Shown here in pieces: positions 59,713-64,000 of a stretch of 64,000 bases of DNA. The notes under the pieces are model-generated. The model searched no databases, was not told the DNA's origin, and saw only the letters and a program-made list of their open reading frames with translations. The stretch is from a virus (Duplodnaviria > Caudoviricetes). The DNA lies in the IMG/VR virus record IMGVR_UViG_3300037249_001000, positions 64,001 to 128,000 of that record; one strand, written 5' to 3'. Position 1 is the stretch's first letter; each line of letters begins with the position of its first letter. The position numbers and the translations under genes were made by a program.

Positions 59713-60141
59713 ATGGCTATGAATAAATTAGTTACAATTGAATCAGCTGGTCCGATTAAAATGATGGGTGATATTAACGGACCAATTAAAACGCCCTGTT
59801 CAGTTTCTACAAATGTAATTATTGACTTATTAAATTCGGGCAAAGTTGTATACGAGGTTAATCCCAAAAATCATGCAGAAAAAATTAGATTAACTCGTTT
59901 GAATTTACATTCAAATAATTTCCCAGCAAACAATACTAGTAAAGTTGATAGTAGAAAGCAAGCTATTAAAGCTCGTATTAGAAAACATGAAGAAAGAGTT
60001 CAAAAGGCTGTAGCTCAAAAAGAAGCTGCTAAAAAAGAAACTTTAAAGCAGATTCAGACTACGCCAGACGTTAAAACTACAAACTCATCTTCGGGTTCTT
60101 TTATTTCAAATAAAAGTTCAAGAAAGAAAAAAAGAAGATAA
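59713..60141 (+). CDS. hypothetical protein with basic tail
   Basis: AAGGAG RBS, followed by terminator. Confidence 0.7.
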   Translation: MAMNKLVTIESAGPIKMMGDINGPIKTPCSVSTNVIIDLLNSGKVVYEVNPKNHAEKIRLTRLNLHSNNFPANNTSKVDSRKQAIKARIRKHEERVQKAVAQKEAAKKETLKQIQTTPDVKTTNSSSGSFISNKSSRKKKRR

Positions 60142-60220
60142 TTTTTTATAAAGAGAATACTTTATTTAGTATTCTCTTTATTTATTACTGAAACTATTAA
60201 ATAAAGGTAGGTGTTTATAC

Positions 60221-60994
60221 ATGGATGAAATAATTAATGAATTAACTCAAATATCCGACGCATCAATGCTTTATATTAATAATAGATTTGATACAGTTTT
60301 ATTTGAATATAATGATGCTTTATATACTAATCATTATGTAACAGAAAGTGAAAAAGAATCTTTAATAACAACGGTTAAAAAATTCTTTGTTAATTTAATT
60401 GAATCAATTAAAAATTACGGACGAGAATTATCTATTAAAATTGATTACGCTATGAGAGAAAAAAAAGTAAAAGAAAACCTAGAAAAACTTAAAAAAGAAA
60501 TAATAGAGAATAAAGAAAAAGGTAACCAATATGTTGAAATGATTGATTATTGGAATTATAAGAATAAATATCTTGAATTAAATAAAAAACTTACCGTGTA
60601 TGCAAAAAAGATGTCTAAAATGCATTATAATAAAACATGGGAAATTGAAGATGATTTAGAACGATTTAATATAATAATTAATGATTATTCTACTATAATG
60701 GAAGAAGCATCACAAAAGAAAATTACAGTTAAAATAGATAAAGCATTGGAATTTGTTGAAGATGAATTAAGAGGTAAAGGTGAAGTATTATCAACATTAA
60801 ATGAATCTATGAGACTATTTCAAGATATGAATAGAGAAGCTCAAATGTTAGAATCTAAATTAGATAGTTTAGGTGCAGATGTTATTCCTAAACAAACCAA
60901 TCTTCTTATTCGTATAGCGAATGCTATAAGTGCATTCGTAAAAAAATTTGTAACTAAATTTGTTATGGGTGTTACATTTTTATTCGGAATTTAA
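60221..60994 (+). CDS. putative internal head protein
   Basis: AACT-N6-TA at 60192; YVTE|S then amphipathic helix; next to the protease. Confidence 0.5.
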   Translation: MDEIINELTQISDASMLYINNRFDTVLFEYNDALYTNHYVTESEKESLITTVKKFFVNLIESIKNYGRELSIKIDYAMREKKVKENLEKLKKEIIENKEKGNQYVEMIDYWNYKNKYLELNKKLTVYAKKMSKMHYNKTWEIEDDLERFNIIINDYSTIMEEASQKKITVKIDKALEFVEDELRGKGEVLSTLNESMRLFQDMNREAQMLESKLDSLGADVIPKQTNLLIRIANAISAFVKKFVTKFVMGVTFLFGI

Positions 60995-61045
60995 ATTAAT
61001 AAAAAACAATGATATAATTATATATACCGAAAGGAGAAATATATT

Positions 61046-61927
61046 ATGCTAATTCGTCATAATAAAGATTGCTCCGATATGGGTTGCGTATTTATTTCAG
61101 AAAAAAGTAATATGGATTGTAGAGATATTACTGGAGTAGATGTACATGATAAGCATGGTGTATTTTTTGTATCGTTTGATGCAAACTTACATTCATTTGA
61201 TGTAATTAATAGAAACAAACGTCGTTATCTATTATCAAATGTAAAAAGTGCTATTGAAGAATCGGAAAAGATTCAATCTTGGTTGGCAGATAATGCATGG
61301 TTTGGTGAGATGAATCACCCAACTCAATATTATAAAAGCCAAGAATTAACTCCTGAAAGATTACAAGACCCTGCATTGGAGAATAGGTCACATAAAATTT
61401 TAAGACCAACATTTAATGGTAATTTATTACAAGCACATATTGAAACAGCATCAGGTACAGATGTCGGTGTTGGTTTCGCTAAAGAAATTATTCAAGGATT
61501 AAAACCTGCATTTAGTTGTCGTGCTGTTGCTACAATGCAAATGATTGATGGAAAACCGACTGTACTTATTCGTAGATTAATTACATACGATTGGGTTCTT
61601 TATCCGTCGCATAAAGAAGCACATATTATTAGTGAACCAAAACTTGTTGAAAAGTGTGTTAATGTATATAAAGAAAGTACAAATGATAATACAGATGAAT
61701 ATGTACCTGACTTTATGATTTCATTAAAAGATGTGCTTAAAAATGTTGGTGAAATAGATGCCAATGTATCTACTATTATGGAATCGTTTGATTTAACATA
61801 TGATGATATAATTGGTGTTAATAAAAAGCATGATAAAGTTATTATTAAAGATGTGGATAATAGAATTTATGCTAATATAAGTCCTGAAACAAAACATAGA
61901 ATAGATGATTTCTTTTCATCATTTTAA
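61046..61927 (+). CDS. prohead core protease (T4 gp21-like)
   Basis: NRNKRRY, GEMNHP, SHKI, FSCRA, TYDWVLYPSH. Confidence 0.88.
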   Translation: MLIRHNKDCSDMGCVFISEKSNMDCRDITGVDVHDKHGVFFVSFDANLHSFDVINRNKRRYLLSNVKSAIEESEKIQSWLADNAWFGEMNHPTQYYKSQELTPERLQDPALENRSHKILRPTFNGNLLQAHIETASGTDVGVGFAKEIIQGLKPAFSCRAVATMQMIDGKPTVLIRRLITYDWVLYPSHKEAHIISEPKLVEKCVNVYKESTNDNTDEYVPDFMISLKDVLKNVGEIDANVSTIMESFDLTYDDIIGVNKKHDKVIIKDVDNRIYANISPETKHRIDDFFSSF

Positions 61928-61986
61928 AAAAAAATAAAGAGAGAGTGAAACAAAATTCATTCTCTCTTTATTTTTTTAATCTTTTC

Positions 61987-62208
61987 TTATTTTTTATTTT
62001 TTAATCTATTAATCTCTTTTTTCCATTGGTTTGCAAACTCTCTTTCCGCTTCGTTTTTTGCTTTGGAAAATACTGAGTCAATCGTATTTTCCATTTCGAT
62101 TATACTTTCGGTCACAATATCTTCATGTGATCTTGTTGTATTTGCTTCCTTTTCGAGAATTTTATTTTTGAGGATTTCCTCGGGTCCTATAAATATCATT
62201 CTACCCAT
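61987..62208 (-). CDS. small standalone early protein
   Basis: TATATTAT at 62298, structured leader, AAAGGTGA RBS. Confidence 0.7.
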   Translation of the reverse strand: MGRMIFIGPEEILKNKILEKEANTTRSHEDIVTESIIEMENTIDSVFSKAKNEAEREFANQWKKEINRLKNKK

Positions 62209-62218
62209 AAGACTCACC

Positions 62219-62282
62219 TTTCTCCCATTTTAACGTCTTGGGTGACTGCAACTTTTATTAGACACAGGAGTGTTGCTCTCCG
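62219..62282 (-). ncRNA. conserved structured 5' leader (putative tandem pseudoknots), copy 2
   Basis: 60/64 identical to 17202-17265. Confidence 0.6.
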
Positions 62283-62371
62283 TTTATTACTATAAAAATA
62301 ATATATATATATATGAATTTAATTAAAATACGAAGAACTGTAAGATTTTATGTCTTACAGTTCTTCATTAA

Positions 62372-62638
62372 TTATCTATTGTTTTCTAAAAACATTTCTA
62401 AAGCCAACGCGAGTTGATCAGGACACGATGTATCTTTATTTCCACACTTGATATTTTTACATCTATCAATAACATCTTGTACGTTCATTCCTTTTACAAG
62501 ACTTCCAATACCAAGTTGATTACCAACACATCCGCCTACAAATTTTACGGAATTTATAATAAAATCTTCATCAACTTTATCAATATCAAAGTCCATTAAT
62601 CTACAACAAACTCCACCAGGTTCATATATAAATTTCAT
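62372..62638 (-). CDS. TSCPD-domain protein (TIGR03905-like)
   Basis: GVC...FVGGCVGN.LGIGSLVKGM...CGNKDTSCPDQLA. Confidence 0.88.
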   Translation of the reverse strand: MKFIYEPGGVCCRLMDFDIDKVDEDFIINSVKFVGGCVGNQLGIGSLVKGMNVQDVIDRCKNIKCGNKDTSCPDQLALALEMFLENNR

Positions 62639-62674
62639 GTTTATCACCTTTCCACTAATTAAGGATGAAACGGT

Positions 62675-62995
62675 TTAATCCGTTTCATCCTTAAGAATTT
62701 TTATATTAATCTCATTTTTTGTTGATTCAATTGTAATGTTATCAGAATCATCTAAATTAGAGTTTAGCTTTTTACATATTTTATCGACATCAATATTAGA
62801 AAACACAACTACAATTTTAAGAACATTTAACTCTGTTTTTTCTTTATATTTTAATTTAATAATGTTGTCTGAAAAATCTTTTAAAAGCCAATACAAACGG
62901 ATGAACTTTCTATACTTCATTGCAATGATTTCATATAAGACATCCATATCATCTTCTGATAAAGCATACAAATAGTTAGTCATGCTCTTCTTCAT
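62675..62995 (-). CDS. hypothetical protein
   Basis: 106 aa, AAAGGA RBS. Confidence 0.7.
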   Translation of the reverse strand: MKKSMTNYLYALSEDDMDVLYEIIAMKYRKFIRLYWLLKDFSDNIIKLKYKEKTELNVLKIVVVFSNIDVDKICKKLNSNLDDSDNITIESTKNEINIKILKDETD

Positions 62996-63051
62996 GAAAA
63001 ATATCCTTTCTTAGCTTTTATTAAAGTAAGAAGTCCTACAGATATTATCAT

Positions 63052-63303
63052 TTATTTTTGCATAATGCGTTGACTAATATTGCGTCGTTCAGCCTCAGCG
63101 GTTTCTTTTTCCATTTTCTTAGTTTCTTCAATCAGACGATTCTCGCGGGCTTCTTTGATCGCATATAGTTTTTTGAATTCCATACCAACGATGTCATCTA
63201 TACTCAACTCACCTTTAAACAAGGCTAAAGTAGTTTCTATAAACCTTGAATATTCGTCAAGTCGATTTCTGTACTGATCAACCGTTGATATGTCTGAAAA
63301 ACC
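63052..63303 (-). other. start-less -1 frame extension of the upstream chaperone (candidate programmed frameshift product)
   Basis: 83 open codons beginning at G_GTT_TTT, immediately after TGA TGA in that frame. Confidence 0.5.
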
Positions 63304-64000
63304 AGATCATCAATTGTAAGATCAAGATCCTTTGTGACATTACCACAATGCGGACATTTAACATCGCCGAATGAGTAATTCACTTGATATTGTGTCTGAA
63401 TCTTATTACTCATTGTAGCAATAATCTTAATTTCCTCAGGACTGATAGAATAAATAGCATCAACAATATCCTTATAACCCTCACACAAAATATATGAGTT
63501 AGGATTATCATTCTTAGGAATACGAACTGACAATACAGTTGTAAGAAGAAGCATATTATTCTTATATACATCGTTGATATCGTTACCGAATGCCTGCTTA
63601 AATGTCTCGTCATCAATTACAGGAATAAAGTTATAGAGGAACTCATATGCAGATGCAATACCAAGTTCTACAATGTAACCTGAATATGGGAGTTTAATAA
63701 ACTTAGAATTTCTTACAGCAGCTTTCTTATAGATATCTTCATATTCATTAGGATCGGCAGATGCAAGCTGAGCCATCTTATTAAGAAGAACTTCATCAGA
63801 CTTATCAAGTCTAAGAATACTTCTTGTTGCATAATCCCAATCAAAAGTTTTATTACATGAGTTACGTCCACATCTCAAACTAATTGTCTGTACTTCAGGG
63901 AACGTAGCAACAAATAAACCATATACAGCAAGTGAAATATCTGTATATGCAAAATTCTTAAGAAAATCTTCAAATGAATCAAACGGACCATTTGAAATAT
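63237..64000 (-). CDS. baseplate hub / tail assembly chaperone (T4 gp26/gp51-like), 5'-truncated by window edge
   Basis: frame open to 64000; LRCGRNSC and KCPHCG zinc knuckles, C-terminal IDDLVF. Confidence 0.55.
   Translation of the reverse strand, partial: ISNGPFDSFEDFLKNFAYTDISLAVYGLFVATFPEVQTISLRCGRNSCNKTFDWDYATRSILRLDKSDEVLLNKMAQLASADPNEYEDIYKKAAVRNSKFIKLPYSGYIVELGIASAYEFLYNFIPVIDDETFKQAFGNDINDVYKNNMLLLTTVLSVRIPKNDNPNSYILCEGYKDIVDAIYSISPEEIKIIATMSNKIQTQYQVNYSFGDVKCPHCGNVTKDLDLTIDDLVFQTYQRLISTEIDLTNIQGL

Noticed and set aside
721-63616. Antisense or alternate-frame ORFs in the track (e.g. 721, 7586, 14244, 17603, 18016, 22293, 26435, 33152, 53982, 56331, 58784, 63080)
   Set aside because: They shadow well-supported genes, repeats or introns and lack an RBS and motifs
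1-64000. Genome-wide alternative genetic code (TAG reassigned)
   Set aside because: Coding density is high under the standard code, long genes lack internal TAG, and several TAGs directly precede terminators; only isolated cases are kept as a finding

Overview
This AT-rich 64-kb segment comes from a phiKZ/AR9-like jumbo phage. The host is probably an anaerobic Firmicute (Clostridia), judging by the AGGAGG-type RBS, class III RNR, clostridial-type dUTPase and TSCPD protein. It encodes a multisubunit non-virion RNA polymerase (beta-N, beta-C and an apparently unsplit beta'), a split PolB exonuclease subunit, DnaB, RecA/UvsX, a Dda-like helicase, NAD ligase, nrdD/nrdG, dUTPase, a probable portal, a prohead protease, head/tail proteins and 4 tRNAs. 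Four essential genes are interrupted by group I introns whose splice sites can be read from P1/P10 pairings: beta-N, recA, beta' (inside NADFDGD) and dnaB (this intron carries an HNH endonuclease). Two promoter classes are visible: early TATATTAT and AR9-like late AACA-N6-TA. The least-explained signals are (1) a 64-nt tandem-pseudoknot leader shared by two unrelated early genes, (2) a shuffled 'IYxxYxxGEIT' N-terminal module on unrelated late proteins, including a kinase-GNAT fusion, (3) terminators displaying a perfect orphan Shine-Dalgarno sequence, (4) a candidate -1 frameshift in a tail chaperone, and (5) two genes broken by single in-frame amber codons. All calls come from reading the sequence; no searches were run.
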